64,000 nt of DNA, from positions 620,001-684,000 of the forward strand of contig CBFFRQ010000042.1 in assembly GCA_965644315.1 (NCBI GenBank), given 5' to 3'. Numbering within the stretch: position 1 is the first letter of the stretch; the number at the start of each line of letters is the position of its first letter. The notes beneath the pieces were generated by a model. It saw nothing but the letters and a program-made list of their open reading frames with translations, did no database searches and was not told where the DNA came from. The position numbers were made by a program, and so were the translations under genes. Below, one piece after another: positions 43,936 through 54,500 of the stretch. This DNA is from Caecitellus pseudoparvulus (taxonomy: Eukaryota; Protista; Bigyra: Bicosoecida).

Positions 43936-43956
43936 TGCATTGCGCATGAGAATGTA
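43936..43956. terminator. Paired opposite-strand AATGYA elements between the convergent kinase and kinesin genes
   Basis: TGCATT at 43936-43941 (sense for kinesin) and AATGTA at 43951-43956 (sense for the kinase), within a 50-nt gap. Confidence 0.4.
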
Positions 43957-43973
43957 CACCCTCTCTTTCCACC

Positions 43974-46900
43974 TCAACCAGCGGCCGTCCCCACAGGCCC
44001 GCCCTCCTCCTCACCCTCCCCATCCACCGCCTCGTCATCCTCATGCACGGCTTCGCCGGCTCGCAGGCGGCGAATGGTGGCCTTCAGGTGCCGCACCAGC
44101 TTGGATTCCTCTGACTTGGCAGCTGTGTTGGTGATCTTCTTCACTCGCTCAGCGTACTGCAGCGAGGACAGCGTCTCGTCGGTGTTGTCCTCTGCCGGCG
44201 AAATGTTCACGAACATGAGTGTCTTCGCACTGCCGCCCAGGCCATCCTGCAGCACGCGCGTGAGCAAGTTGTCGCGGTAGGGCACGTGGCCAGGGCCCTC
44301 GTCTGTGCCCTCCGTCGAGGACAGCTTGTTGATGACGTTGCCCAGGGCAGCGAGGGAGCGGTTGATGCTCTGGGCCTCCCGCAGGCGCTCCGCATCAGCG
44401 CCAGTCTTGGACACGCGCTCCGAGCCAGCAAGATCCACCAGGGTCAGCTTGCCGAAGGAGGTCTTGCCCGTGGCCGTGTTGCGCACCTGGATCATGATGG
44501 TGAAGACGAGGTGTGAGCGGGACGATTCGGCGTTCATCTTGGTGGAGCCGGTCTTTCGGGCCGCATTGCCCTCATCGAAGTGCGCCAGCACCTCTGCTGG
44601 CGAGTGTGCTTCACGCACAGCGGCGCCTTGGATGAACACGCGCTTCTTGCGGTCCATCTTCACCTCCAGGCGGGGGGGCTTCAGACTCCCACCCGCCTTG
44701 GCGTGGTCCACCATGAAGTACAGGTCTTGCAAGTTGTCGTTGTACAGCTCCACCATGGTGGTGGTGATGGACACCTCCGTGCTGTCTGCGTTCTCCTCCA
44801 TGATGGAGAAGAGCCGCGCGATGGCGCGCGGTGTGACGCCCAGCAGCTCGCCGCCGCCCGCTGTCGCGCCCAGCATGGTGAACGTCTTGCCACTGCCCGT
44901 CTGCCCGTATGCGAAGATGCAGACGTTGTACCCGTCGAAGGCAGACTGGATGAGGTTGTCCACCTCCTCGTACACCTCTGGCTGCGTGGAGGTGGGCCCG
45001 AACACGTGGTCGTACACGAAGCTCCGGTCGCCCTTGTCCGTGCCCAGAGTGATGGTCATGTCGTCGGGCATTGACACGACCGAAGGCGACTTCAGGTCCC
45101 GCTCGCGCTTGTTGGGCGGGCGGCACCTCGCGTACACGCGGATCTTGCCCTTCATGTCTTCCAGCGCGTTGTGCAGGCGCTTGCGCTTGACTTGCTCCTC
45201 ACGGTACAGCTTGGCCAGCTCAGCCCCCTGCTTCTCCAGCTCCTTGATGCTGGCTTGCGCCTCCACCAGGGCCGCGCTCTGGGCACGCAGGCCCTCCAGC
45301 TCCGCCTGCAGGTCCCCCATGCCGCCCACCTGCGCCTTGAGCCCGTCGCGTTCGGCCGTCACCTCTGCCAGGCGCCCCTCCAGCTCCTCGCTCCGGGCTG
45401 CCAGGGCGTCGGCCTCCTTGGTCTTGCGGGTGAGGTCTTTGGTCACCTTGGCCACGGCCTCGTCCTGCGCCTTGGCGGCCTTCTTCAGCTCGCTGTCCAT
45501 CTGCTTCTGCATGCGGCGCACTTCCTTGTCGGCTTCCGAGGCGGCCGCCCCCGTGCCCTTCTCCAGGCGCGCGATCTCCACCGACGCCTTCTTCAGCTCC
45601 GCCTTCACGCTGCGCAGCTCCTTCTCCTTGTCCTTCACCTTGCCCTTCTCCTTCTCCAGCGCCTCCTTCAACCTGCCTTCTGCGGCACTGCTGCCACCCG
45701 AAGCAGCAGCGCCACCCCGGCCGCCGCCCCGGCCCGCGTCAGCTTGCGCCGCCTCCACTTGCGCCTTGAGCTCTGCCACCTTGTCCTGCAACACCGCCAC
45801 CTTCTTCTCGGCGCGGTCTGCACGCCGGGAAGCCTCCCGAGCATCTGCAGATGGGGCGCCACCATGGGCGGAGCGCTGTGCCGGCGCCGCGTGGGCGGGG
45901 CGCGACGCAGCAGCGGCTTGGGCAGCCTTTGTGGCGGCTTGTGCTGCCTGCAGCTCCGCTTGCAGCGCCGCCAGGGCAGCGGCAGAGGCACCGTCGTCCC
46001 CAGCGCCGCCGCTTTGCGCCGGCTCAGGCAGGTCACCCTCCAGCAGCGCCGCGGCATCCTTCACAAAAGCATCCAGGGCTGTGCGCAGGGCAAGGGCAGC
46101 CTTGGACACCTTCAAGCTGGCAGCCTCTTCTCGGGTGGACTGCAAGGCTTGCAGCAGGGGCTGCAGTGGCTCGTAGTCATGCTTGCCCAGCCGGCCAAGG
46201 ACGTCGGAGATGGTGTCCTGCAGCACGGAGCAGACCTCAGACTTCTTCTTCTCCTTCCACAGGGTCTTGGCGTGGGCGATGGCGGCGCCCACTGCCTCGA
46301 TGAGGGCCTCCAAGTCTTCACGCAAGGAAGGGCCGCCGCTGCCGCCGCCAGCGCCTGCCTGGGCAGCGCTTGTTGCTGCCTGCGCCAACGCAATACGGTG
46401 CGCGATGGCATCCTCGGCTGCCTGCGCCTTGGCAGACTCCAGGGCATCCTGCAGCGCGGCCACCTCGCCCTCCAGCTCTTCCTGCCGCGTCTGCAGGTCG
46501 GCCACTTCAGCCTCCAACTCCGCTTCGCGCTCCGCATCCCCCTCAGGCGACGCGCTAGACGACCTCCCTGCCGCCAGCTCTGCCTTGAGCGCAGCCACAG
46601 TGCCCTGTGCGGCTGCCAGGTCCTGCTGTGCTTGGGCAGCTGCCTCGCGCTGCTGCGCCAACGACGCCTCCACCACAGCCAGCTCGGCAGCTGGCACGGA
46701 GTCACCGCCAGCATCCGCACGGGCATCCAAGCGCGCCTGCAGGTCGTCCCGCTCGCTGTCGGCAGCTTGCAGGCGCGCCTGTAGCCGTGCGACCTCCTCC
46801 TTCGCGCGCCGCAGCTCGGCACCCGAGGCAGCGGCTGGGGGTGGGCCGCTGAGGCGCCCCGCGGCGAAGTCTTCCTCTGCACGGGCCAGGGCAGCCTCTG

Positions 46901-48401
46901 CCTCCTGCAGTCGCCGCTGTGCCTCGGCGTTGGAGGCGCTGGCGGCATCAGCTGCGGCCACTTGCTCCTTGTGCTGGGCCGACAACGCATCGTATGCGTG
47001 GTACTGCTCCTTGATGGCCTTCTTGGCCTCCTTGTCCGCCGGCTGGCCCTCCCGAGCCTCGTAGTCTGCCAGCCACGTCTTGATGTCAGCCTTGACAGCC
47101 TTGTACCTGCCGTGCAGCGCATCTGCCTCAGCTGCCGCCTCCGCTGCCGCCTCCGCGCTCTCCTGCACCTCCGCCCCTGCCACCCGCACCTCCTCACGGA
47201 ATGGCGCCAGGGCAGCTTCACGAGCCGCTGGATCCACAGGCGGTGCGTTGAGCAGGCCCAGGTCGCGCAGTTGCTGTGCCCGCGGTGGGTCTGCCTGCCA
47301 CTCCCGCAGGGTGGTCAGGAACTGCTCGTCGGACTGGGCAGGCTGCACAGCGGCAGAGGGCGCGGCGGCCCACTCGCCCCGCGGGGAGGTCTGCAGGCGC
47401 TGCACCTCTGCAGCCAGTCGCTCCCTGTCTTCCTCCAGCGCTGCCAGGCGCACTGCCGCCTGTGGGTCACCTGTGGCGCCGCCCGCCTTCTCAGCTGTGG
47501 CGGCAAGCACCGTGGCGCCTTGCCCCGCCTTGGCCAGCGCCGCCTGCAACGCCGCCACCTGTTGCTGCAGGGCAGCAATGGTGGCTTCGCGGGCGTCCAG
47601 CTTGGCGTCGGCGCGCTGCTGCAGCTGCCGCTTCAGGGCGGGGAAGGCCGCATGTGCAGCGTGCAGTGCCGCCAAGGCAGGCCCTGCGGCGGGCCCATCG
47701 CTGCCACCTGCGGTGGTCGGCAGCGTTGCAGCTGCCGCAGCAGCAGCTTCTGCCGCGTCTGCCTTTGCTTCTGCTGTCTTGGTCGCTGCCTGGGACTGTG
47801 CCAGCTCCTCGCGCAGCTCAGCCAGCGCCTGCGCGTGCTGCTCCTCGATAACCTGCCGCAGACGGTCCGAGTCGCCACCAGAGGCATCCACCTGGGCCTC
47901 CAGGTGCGCCACGCGCTTCTCTGCCTCGGCGGCGGCGGCAGCTGCTCGCCGGCGCTCCTCCTGGCGCTGAGCCTCGGCGGAGGTCAGCTCCTGCTTCAGC
48001 TCGGTGGCGGCGGAGCGGTAGTACTGGATGCGTGTGTTGGCACGGGAGCGCATGTCCTCGATGTACGACACGTAGTGCTGCCGTGCTGTGGCCTCCCTGT
48101 CGCTGTAGTACTGCTGCACCTTGCGCAGGAGGTCAGCGTGCCGTGCACGCATGGCTTCCATGTCGCCCGTCATGCGCTTGATGGTGTCTTGCGCCACGCT
48201 GAGGGGGATGTACGACTGCTCCTTCACCTCAGAGGGCTGCGGGACTTTCTGCTCCCCTGCGCTCTCAGCAGTGCGCCCTCCGTGCGGAGTTGCTCCGTAC
48301 TCGGCAAAGACGTGGTCAGTGGCAGGCAAGCTGCCAGCAGGGCTTCGCGCCGCTCCAGGCCCTACTCCCGCCGCGGCCAGCCGGGACTTCAGGGAAGCCA
48401 T
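43974..48401 (-). CDS. Kinesin-14 with a C-terminal motor of KCBP type and a long coiled-coil stalk
   Basis: Neck LHNALEDMKGKIRVYAR, AYGQTGSGKT, NAESSRSH, VDLAGSER and a basic amphipathic helix after the motor (KLVRHLKATIRRLR). Confidence 0.93.
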   Translation of the reverse strand: MASLKSRLAAAGVGPGAARSPAGSLPATDHVFAEYGATPHGGRTAESAGEQKVPQPSEVKEQSYIPLSVAQDTIKRMTGDMEAMRARHADLLRKVQQYYSDREATARQHYVSYIEDMRSRANTRIQYYRSAATELKQELTSAEAQRQEERRRAAAAAAEAEKRVAHLEAQVDASGGDSDRLRQVIEEQHAQALAELREELAQSQAATKTAEAKADAAEAAAAAAATLPTTAGGSDGPAAGPALAALHAAHAAFPALKRQLQQRADAKLDAREATIAALQQQVAALQAALAKAGQGATVLAATAEKAGGATGDPQAAVRLAALEEDRERLAAEVQRLQTSPRGEWAAAPSAAVQPAQSDEQFLTTLREWQADPPRAQQLRDLGLLNAPPVDPAAREAALAPFREEVRVAGAEVQESAEAAAEAAAEADALHGRYKAVKADIKTWLADYEAREGQPADKEAKKAIKEQYHAYDALSAQHKEQVAAADAASASNAEAQRRLQEAEAALARAEEDFAAGRLSGPPPAAASGAELRRAKEEVARLQARLQAADSERDDLQARLDARADAGGDSVPAAELAVVEASLAQQREAAAQAQQDLAAAQGTVAALKAELAAGRSSSASPEGDAEREAELEAEVADLQTRQEELEGEVAALQDALESAKAQAAEDAIAHRIALAQAATSAAQAGAGGGSGGPSLREDLEALIEAVGAAIAHAKTLWKEKKKSEVCSVLQDTISDVLGRLGKHDYEPLQPLLQALQSTREEAASLKVSKAALALRTALDAFVKDAAALLEGDLPEPAQSGGAGDDGASAAALAALQAELQAAQAATKAAQAAAASRPAHAAPAQRSAHGGAPSADAREASRRADRAEKKVAVLQDKVAELKAQVEAAQADAGRGGGRGGAAASGGSSAAEGRLKEALEKEKGKVKDKEKELRSVKAELKKASVEIARLEKGTGAAASEADKEVRRMQKQMDSELKKAAKAQDEAVAKVTKDLTRKTKEADALAARSEELEGRLAEVTAERDGLKAQVGGMGDLQAELEGLRAQSAALVEAQASIKELEKQGAELAKLYREEQVKRKRLHNALEDMKGKIRVYARCRPPNKRERDLKSPSVVSMPDDMTITLGTDKGDRSFVYDHVFGPTSTQPEVYEEVDNLIQSAFDGYNVCIFAYGQTGSGKTFTMLGATAGGGELLGVTPRAIARLFSIMEENADSTEVSITTTMVELYNDNLQDLYFMVDHAKAGGSLKPPRLEVKMDRKKRVFIQGAAVREAHSPAEVLAHFDEGNAARKTGSTKMNAESSRSHLVFTIMIQVRNTATGKTSFGKLTLVDLAGSERVSKTGADAERLREAQSINRSLAALGNVINKLSSTEGTDEGPGHVPYRDNLLTRVLQDGLGGSAKTLMFVNISPAEDNTDETLSSLQYAERVKKITNTAAKSEESKLVRHLKATIRRLRAGEAVHEDDEAVDGEGEEEGGPVGTAAG

Positions 48402-48957
48402 GCCAAACAGACAGTTGTACAAGCGATGCTACACGGGTCTGCAGGGTGTGGGGCGTTGCCCGGCCGCCTAGCCTTGCGGGTGGGCTGTAACCGACTGCGG
48501 AAGTTGCAGAGAGGTAGAAACGCCGTGGCGTCGCTTGCAGCCAGCCAAGGCGCACGCAAGGCAAGCACCAACCCAGCGAAAGTCGATGGCTCTCAAAGAT
48601 GCATATGTTTCAGGAGTGGCCCTGTGTGTGAATTGTGTTGCGCAGGGTTTGACTGGGCTTCGGCGAGAGGCGAGAGGCAGACAAGCAAAGTGCCAGCTGC
48701 GTTGCCTGGCTGCACGGAGGCACACAAAGCGCAAGCTGCGAGTCAAACGTCTTCAGTGCACACGAACCCTGTGCTAGCAGGAGATAGCGGGGGTGCAGCA
48801 TGGCGCCGCTTGCCCGGAAGCTGCCCAGACCGCTGCCCCGCGGCGCTGGCTTGAGCGCGGTGGGTGGCAAGGACGCCTCCTAGCAGGCCTACAGCCTGTC
48901 CTGCCTGCCATGGCACAAGGGGCACTCGCCAGCCCCCCATGCAAGCCAAGGCCTGCC

Positions 48958-49449
48958 CTAGCGGGGGGCGGTGGACCGTGCTGCTGCTGTGGCGCCTGAC
49001 GCTCGCAGGGTGCTGCCGTGCTTCACCTTCTGCACCTGCAAGCGATCCCGCAGCGCAGCCATGGTGGCCTTGGCCGCTTCGAGCTGTGCCGCCGCCGTGC
49101 GCAGGGCCATGGCCTGGTGCTCGCAGTGCATGACGGCGTGCTGCAGGGACGTGTGCAGCACGGCAGCTGCCGCAGCTGACGACCCCCGCGCCGCAGTGAG
49201 GTCTTCCACCGAGGTGTTGGCAAGCTCCAAGGCCAGCACAGTGCCTCTGGCTTGGTGCCAAGCAGGGAAGGCGGCCTGCTGACCCTTGGCGAGGAAGCCG
49301 ATGTCCACACCGGCCGTGTCACTGTCGGAGTCATCTGGTGCCGTGGTCTTTGCAGGACCTGTTGTGGCAAGGGGCTGCTGGCCAGCTGGAGAACTGGGAT
49401 ATGAGGGCACCCCCCTGCCTTTGCGGCTGCGCTTCTGCCCACGTGACAT
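48958..49449 (-). CDS. Small hypothetical coiled-coil protein (about 163 aa)
   Basis: ATG 49449, basic N-terminus and heptad-like C-half. It occupies the gap between the kinesin and WNK-like genes. Confidence 0.4.
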   Translation of the reverse strand: MSRGQKRSRKGRGVPSYPSSPAGQQPLATTGPAKTTAPDDSDSDTAGVDIGFLAKGQQAAFPAWHQARGTVLALELANTSVEDLTAARGSSAAAAAVLHTSLQHAVMHCEHQAMALRTAAAQLEAAKATMAALRDRLQVQKVKHGSTLRASGATAAARSTAPR

Positions 49450-49822
49450 GCTAAGCCAGGGGCGCGAGTGTGGGGCTGACCAATTTCCGCGCGGGCGTCG
49501 TGCTGGCCGAGCTTGCTGCGCGGTGGTTGGGGCCCAGCGCCCAGGGTACAGAGAGGACTGTATGGAAAAGCAGTCAGCGTACGCCGTGGTCGGATGCGGC
49601 GGTCGGAAGATTTTGTCGGGGCGTGTGCTCGAGGCTTGAGCCTCCTTTTGCCGCAAGGCACCAACTTCGCCGCGACAAGCAAGCCCATTCCGATGGCAAG
49701 GAACAAAACGAAAGACAAGCACGCGCTCGCGGGGGTTAGCCATCAAGCCCTCCCCGGAAGGGTCAATTTCGCCGCGAGGAGGCTGCAGCCCCCGGTGCAA
49801 ACTCGCCAGCGTTTCGCGCAGC

Positions 49823-51544
49823 ATGGCGGCGGAGGGGCAGCAGGAGCCACGCATGGGCACAGTGTCAAGTGACCCGGAAGGTGTTGCTGCAGGGGAGGCA
49901 ACAGTGTCACGAAGCACCCATGACGAATCTAAGCGGCCCAGCCGGTACATGAAAGTGCGTAGGCAGCGAGGGCGGCAGCGTTTCATGTGCCTGGTGCACT
50001 GTGGAAATGCACGGTGCTCCCCCTTTGCAGCCAAGCCCCGAGGAGATGCCAGGGTCCACCTCCATTCGGAAAATGTCAGTAGGCAGCGCGGGACTATGCC
50101 GCCATCCTGCAGCGCGTGCATCCCTGCCCCGATTGCGCCGCGCAGATATAAGACGTACGACAAGGAGGAGGGCGTGGAGGTGGCGTTCCACACGGTGCAC
50201 ACCTCCATCGCCTCGACCGCTGTCAGTGTCCCTGCCGCTGTGTCAAGCCCACACCTGTTGCGAGTGCTAGATCAGTGGAGTGAGGGCGACCATCACGTGT
50301 ACGTGACGGAGATCGTGGTGGACGGCACTTTGGAGGGCTTCGTGCAGCGTGTCGGCGCCGACGTGAAGATGAAGGTGCTGCGGAAGTGGTGTCGCCAGCT
50401 GCTGCAGCTGGTGGACACCCTCAGCAAGCAGGAGCCACCCGTCGCCATCGGGTACATCCGCCCGGACAACATCTTCCTGAACTCCACAGAGGGCTGGGCG
50501 CGCCTGTGTGCCCTGCGCATGCAGCATGGGGACGAGGAGGGGGGCACCTGCTCCTCGGCACTGTACGCGGCGCCAGAGCACGACCCCGCCGCGCCCACTC
50601 CCTCCGGAGACATTTACAGTCTGGGCTTGACGCTGCTGCAGCTGGCCACGCAGGAGGCGCCGTCGTGGGTGGGGGAGGACGGCTCCCCCCTGGACCCCCA
50701 GGCCGCCAAGCAGCGCGGCATCCTGCCTGCCGCCCTGCAGGGCAGTGACGGCCCCGACTCTGCCTCCAACGCCGAGCTGTACGACTTCCTCCGGCTCTGC
50801 TTGCTGGACGCGCAGCGGCGCCCGTCAGCGGCCGAGCTGCTGCAGCACTCGTGGGCTCAGAAGCGGCGGCGGGCAGCTGGGGCAGCCAGCACGCCCAAGC
50901 CGCCTGGGGAGGGGGAGGCGGCAGCCACTCCAGAGGATGGCGAGGCAGGTGCTGGGGAGGCCAACCAGCCGCAGACACCGGCACCAGCACCGGCGCCAGC
51001 ACCGGCACCAGCGGCACAAGGCACGGCTGGCGGTGTGCGGCGCACCACAGCACGCGCGACAGCTTACCCACCCACCAAGCCAGCCATCGTGTCTGCACAA
51101 GGTGGTGCGACGGGCGCCGCCACTCCTGCTGCTGCGGCAGTGGGCACCCCAGCTGTGCCACGGGAGGCTGCAGGCGGCACAGTGGAAGCCACCATTGGCC
51201 CGCCGACGGAGCTGGTGGGGCTGACTCTGGACTCTTTCACGTACAAGGGGATGAAACGGGTGTCTGTGCAGATTTCCCTGTTTTCCAAGTCTGAGACAGC
51301 CCACGATGAGCTGCGGTACCGCTCCCTGAAGTTTGTGTGCGACAGGGAGCCGCCCGAGAAGGAGCTGGCGGCCATCGCGCAGGAGCTGGTCACGCAGAAC
51401 TTGGTGCGACAGCAGGACAGGGAGCACGTCTACAAGTTACTGGAGCTCAGCGTAGGCCGGGTGTTGCAAGAGCCACTGGCCTACAGCAGGGCTGTGGAGG
51501 CTCCGGAGCTGTCGAAGCCGGCGCCTGCTGGCGGGAAGGCTTGA
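49823..51544 (+). CDS. WNK/NRBP-family pseudokinase with a C-terminal CCT-like domain; join(49823..49954,50031..50074,50146..51544)
   Basis: RYMK..RKIYKTYDKEEGVEVAF, VTEIVVDGTL, LRKWCRQLL, EPPV..IRPDNIF, YAAPE, DIYSLG and RPSAAELLQH. No HRD or DFG. Introns of 76 and 71 nt. Confidence 0.8.
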   Translation: MAAEGQQEPRMGTVSSDPEGVAAGEATVSRSTHDESKRPSRYMKVRRQRGRQRFMCLVHCGNARCSPFAAKPRGDARVHLHSENVSRQRGTMPPSCSACIPAPIAPRRYKTYDKEEGVEVAFHTVHTSIASTAVSVPAAVSSPHLLRVLDQWSEGDHHVYVTEIVVDGTLEGFVQRVGADVKMKVLRKWCRQLLQLVDTLSKQEPPVAIGYIRPDNIFLNSTEGWARLCALRMQHGDEEGGTCSSALYAAPEHDPAAPTPSGDIYSLGLTLLQLATQEAPSWVGEDGSPLDPQAAKQRGILPAALQGSDGPDSASNAELYDFLRLCLLDAQRRPSAAELLQHSWAQKRRRAAGAASTPKPPGEGEAAATPEDGEAGAGEANQPQTPAPAPAPAPAPAAQGTAGGVRRTTARATAYPPTKPAIVSAQGGATGAATPAAAAVGTPAVPREAAGGTVEATIGPPTELVGLTLDSFTYKGMKRVSVQISLFSKSETAHDELRYRSLKFVCDREPPEKELAAIAQELVTQNLVRQQDREHVYKLLELSVGRVLQEPLAYSRAVEAPELSKPAPAGGKA

Positions 51545-51930
51545 CCAGGGCACAGCTTTGCCGCCTGCCCTGGCAGCAGGGCGCTTGTCCCACTTCCGCG
51601 CAGACAATGTAAACAATAGTGCTTGACAACGGGCGTGCAAGGGTGCAGTCCTCGCTTCGCCAGTGCTGGTGGTGTCCCTGCTCCTGTCAGCGTTTCGCGT
51701 TTCGCCCTCACAGCGCCGTCCTCAACACCGGCCGGCGTGTGGCTGCGCCGGCAGACGCCCGCGACAGGCTTGGCAGCGGGGAGAACGCACGTGCCAGGCA
51801 TGATGCCGACCCATTCGCAGCGTCAAGCGTGCGGGCTCGGCACCCGCTGGCTGTCTGGTAGGTGCTGCGTTTCCATGGCCAACACACCCTGCAGCGCGCT
51901 GGCCTTGTCCACTTGGTACCAGGAGAGCGC

Positions 51931-54499
51931 ATGGTTGTGTGTGCTCTTCACATCCACACACAACGCTTCTGTGCAGTCTTGCTTGCCCTGTCCTTAGTGA
52001 ACCTGGCAGCTGCTTGGAGGCAGTGGACGTGGGCAAGTGACGGGCCTGCGGCAAGGTCCGGGCACAGCTTCTTGCAGTGGAACAACTCTGCGTTTGTGTT
52101 CGGTGGACGGGGCAGCAACATACAGCGCTACCACAACCCCCGCACGTACGAGGTGGAGCGGGTGGGTGGGGACCTGCAGTTCATCACGTACGACACGCGG
52201 CCAACGTTCCCATGCCCGGTCGGCACGCCAGAAGCTGAGTGCTACAACATCACAGTGGGGCAGCTGTACAATGACCTGTGGGAGTACGACTTGGACTGCT
52301 TCAGGTTTGATGACTTCGGCTGCATGTCTCAGGGTTGGAGCGTTGTCGATGCAGGAGCGCCCATCGGCGGCTGCCGCATTGACACGGGGGAGTACGTGTG
52401 CTCCCACCCCAACGAGCGCTATGACCACTCTGCGGCGATCTTTGACGATGGGACGCTCTTCGTTTATGGCGGCTTCAGCAAGTGGTGCCAGGATTTCTGC
52501 AGCGACATGTGGGCGTTCAGCATTCCAGATTGCAAGGACCGGGGGCTATGCACGTGGCACCAGCTGGCAGACGCCGGCAACGCAGGCCCTGGTCGGCGCT
52601 GGCGAGCGACGGTTGTGGGGGATGGCACGCACATGTTCCTCTTCGGTGGGCACCGCATGTGGCATGGGTTTGGGAAGGACAACACCCGCAGCAACTCGTG
52701 GCAATTCTTGGACCAGTTCCCGCTGGGGGGCTACCTGGACGACTTGTGGGTATACGAGCACAGCGGCAACGCCAGCCAGCTGGGCAAGTGGCACCAGATC
52801 TTGCCCTTGGAGACGTGTCACGACACTCCCGGGCGCTTGTGGGAGCAGCGGTTTGACATCACCTGCACCATCACGTGGCCCTCGCCGCGGGCGTCAGCTG
52901 CGCTGGAGATCGTGGGCGGTGAGTTGTTTCTGCATGGTGGGTACACTTCATACTACCCCTACCCAGATGCTGACTCAGCGGGAGCAGGCCGAGGTGTGGC
53001 TCGAGCCACACAGGACCTGACGTCAGGGCAGCCGTTCGGAGCCTCCGTGCACTACCTGGGGGACATGTGGGTGTACAACGTGTCCAGTGGCTTGTGGAGG
53101 GCCGCACCGGCACAGGGTGCTGCGCGGCCTCCCGCCCGCCGTGATCACAGCATGGTGCGAGTGCATGACACGCTCATGGTGATCGGTGGCTATCGAAGCA
53201 ACTTTTACTCGAACGACGTCTGGGTGTACAACTTGACCACGCAGGAGTGGCTGCTGAAGGACACCTTCCCTCACGCGCTGTACCCGCCTTCCTGCACGTC
53301 GGACTCCATCCCGCTGAGTGATGGCACTGATTTTATCCTGTCCAGATCAGTGCAGGGGCAGCCGACTCGGGGTTTCCCCGTGGATGGCCTTGATGGGCGC
53401 GCTTCGGAGCACATCTTCATTGCGCAGGCCCGCCGGCAAGCCCCCGGGTGGGATGGCTGCCGTGACCGGCACGACGGCCGGGATGACTTGCCGGACGACA
53501 TGCAAGTGCTGCAGTACTCAGAGCCCGCACAGCGTGCTGGGCACGGGGCTTTCTTCAGCGGCAAGCACGGCATCGTGCTGGTGCACGGGGGCATTGCATA
53601 CTTGCAGGAGGAGGCAGACCTGCCCAGCCGCAGCCACGCTTTCGCCACCACGGGAGACATGTGGCAGTTCAACCTGAATCGATGCATCAAGAACTGCAGC
53701 AACCATGGCGTGTGCGCCTTCGGGAGGTGCTTCTGTGACCCCGGCTACTACGGCTTGGACTGCAGCAACGTGACGTGTCCCGGGGACTTCTGCTACTATG
53801 ACCCGAGCACCCACGAGCAGGTGTGCAAGCACTGCTGCCATGCCACCACACAGCATGAGGCACCTGGCGGGGACAAGCACGTGTACAATGAGCGCAAAGT
53901 CGCGTGCGATCACGAGCACCCAGGCGAAAGCCACGGCATTTGCGACGGCTACGGACAGTGCCAGTGCCGGCCGCCGTTCGTGGGGGAGGACTGCAGCATC
54001 CGCGACTGCCCCAATGCGTGCAGTGGGAATGGGTACTGTGCCGAGGAGTACCCAGTTGGGAGGTGCATTTGTGAGGGGGGCTGGGAAGGCCTGGATTGCT
54101 CCACAAGTACGTCGCCGCGCTCGCTCGTCGCCTTGACGCCTGGACCAACGCTGCACACGCGCCGTCTTCGCAGGGGCATGCTTGAACAACTGCAGTTACC
54201 CACAGGGGCAGTGTGTGGATGGCGTGTGCGCCTGTGCGGACATCTTGAACCCGTACAACCGCACCATTGTATGGTCGCAGTACCAAGGCGAGGATTGTTC
54301 ATACGGTGAGTGCAGCGGCGGCGCTGCAGGCATGCAGCACCCATCAACGCGCGTCGCTTCACCCTTGCTTCCCCTTCCTGCGGCCACAGTGCTTCCATTC
54401 GCAGGCGCCTCAACGGCTCGCCCCGCGGCGGGACTCCTCCTCGCAGCAGCCGCTTGGTTGGTGATGTGGGCGAGAGGCACCGTTTTAGGCCCGCACTGA
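51931..54499 (+). CDS. Secreted Kelch-repeat plus tenascin-type EGF protein with a C-terminal GPI/TM signal; join(51931..54106,54174..54305,54390..54499)
   Basis: Signal peptide, Kelch blades (ARSGHS..VFGG, YGG, DLW), EGF units (CSNHGVC..C.C..GYYGLDCS) and a hydrophobic C-terminus. Introns of 67 and 84 nt. Confidence 0.85.
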
Positions 54500-54500
54500 C

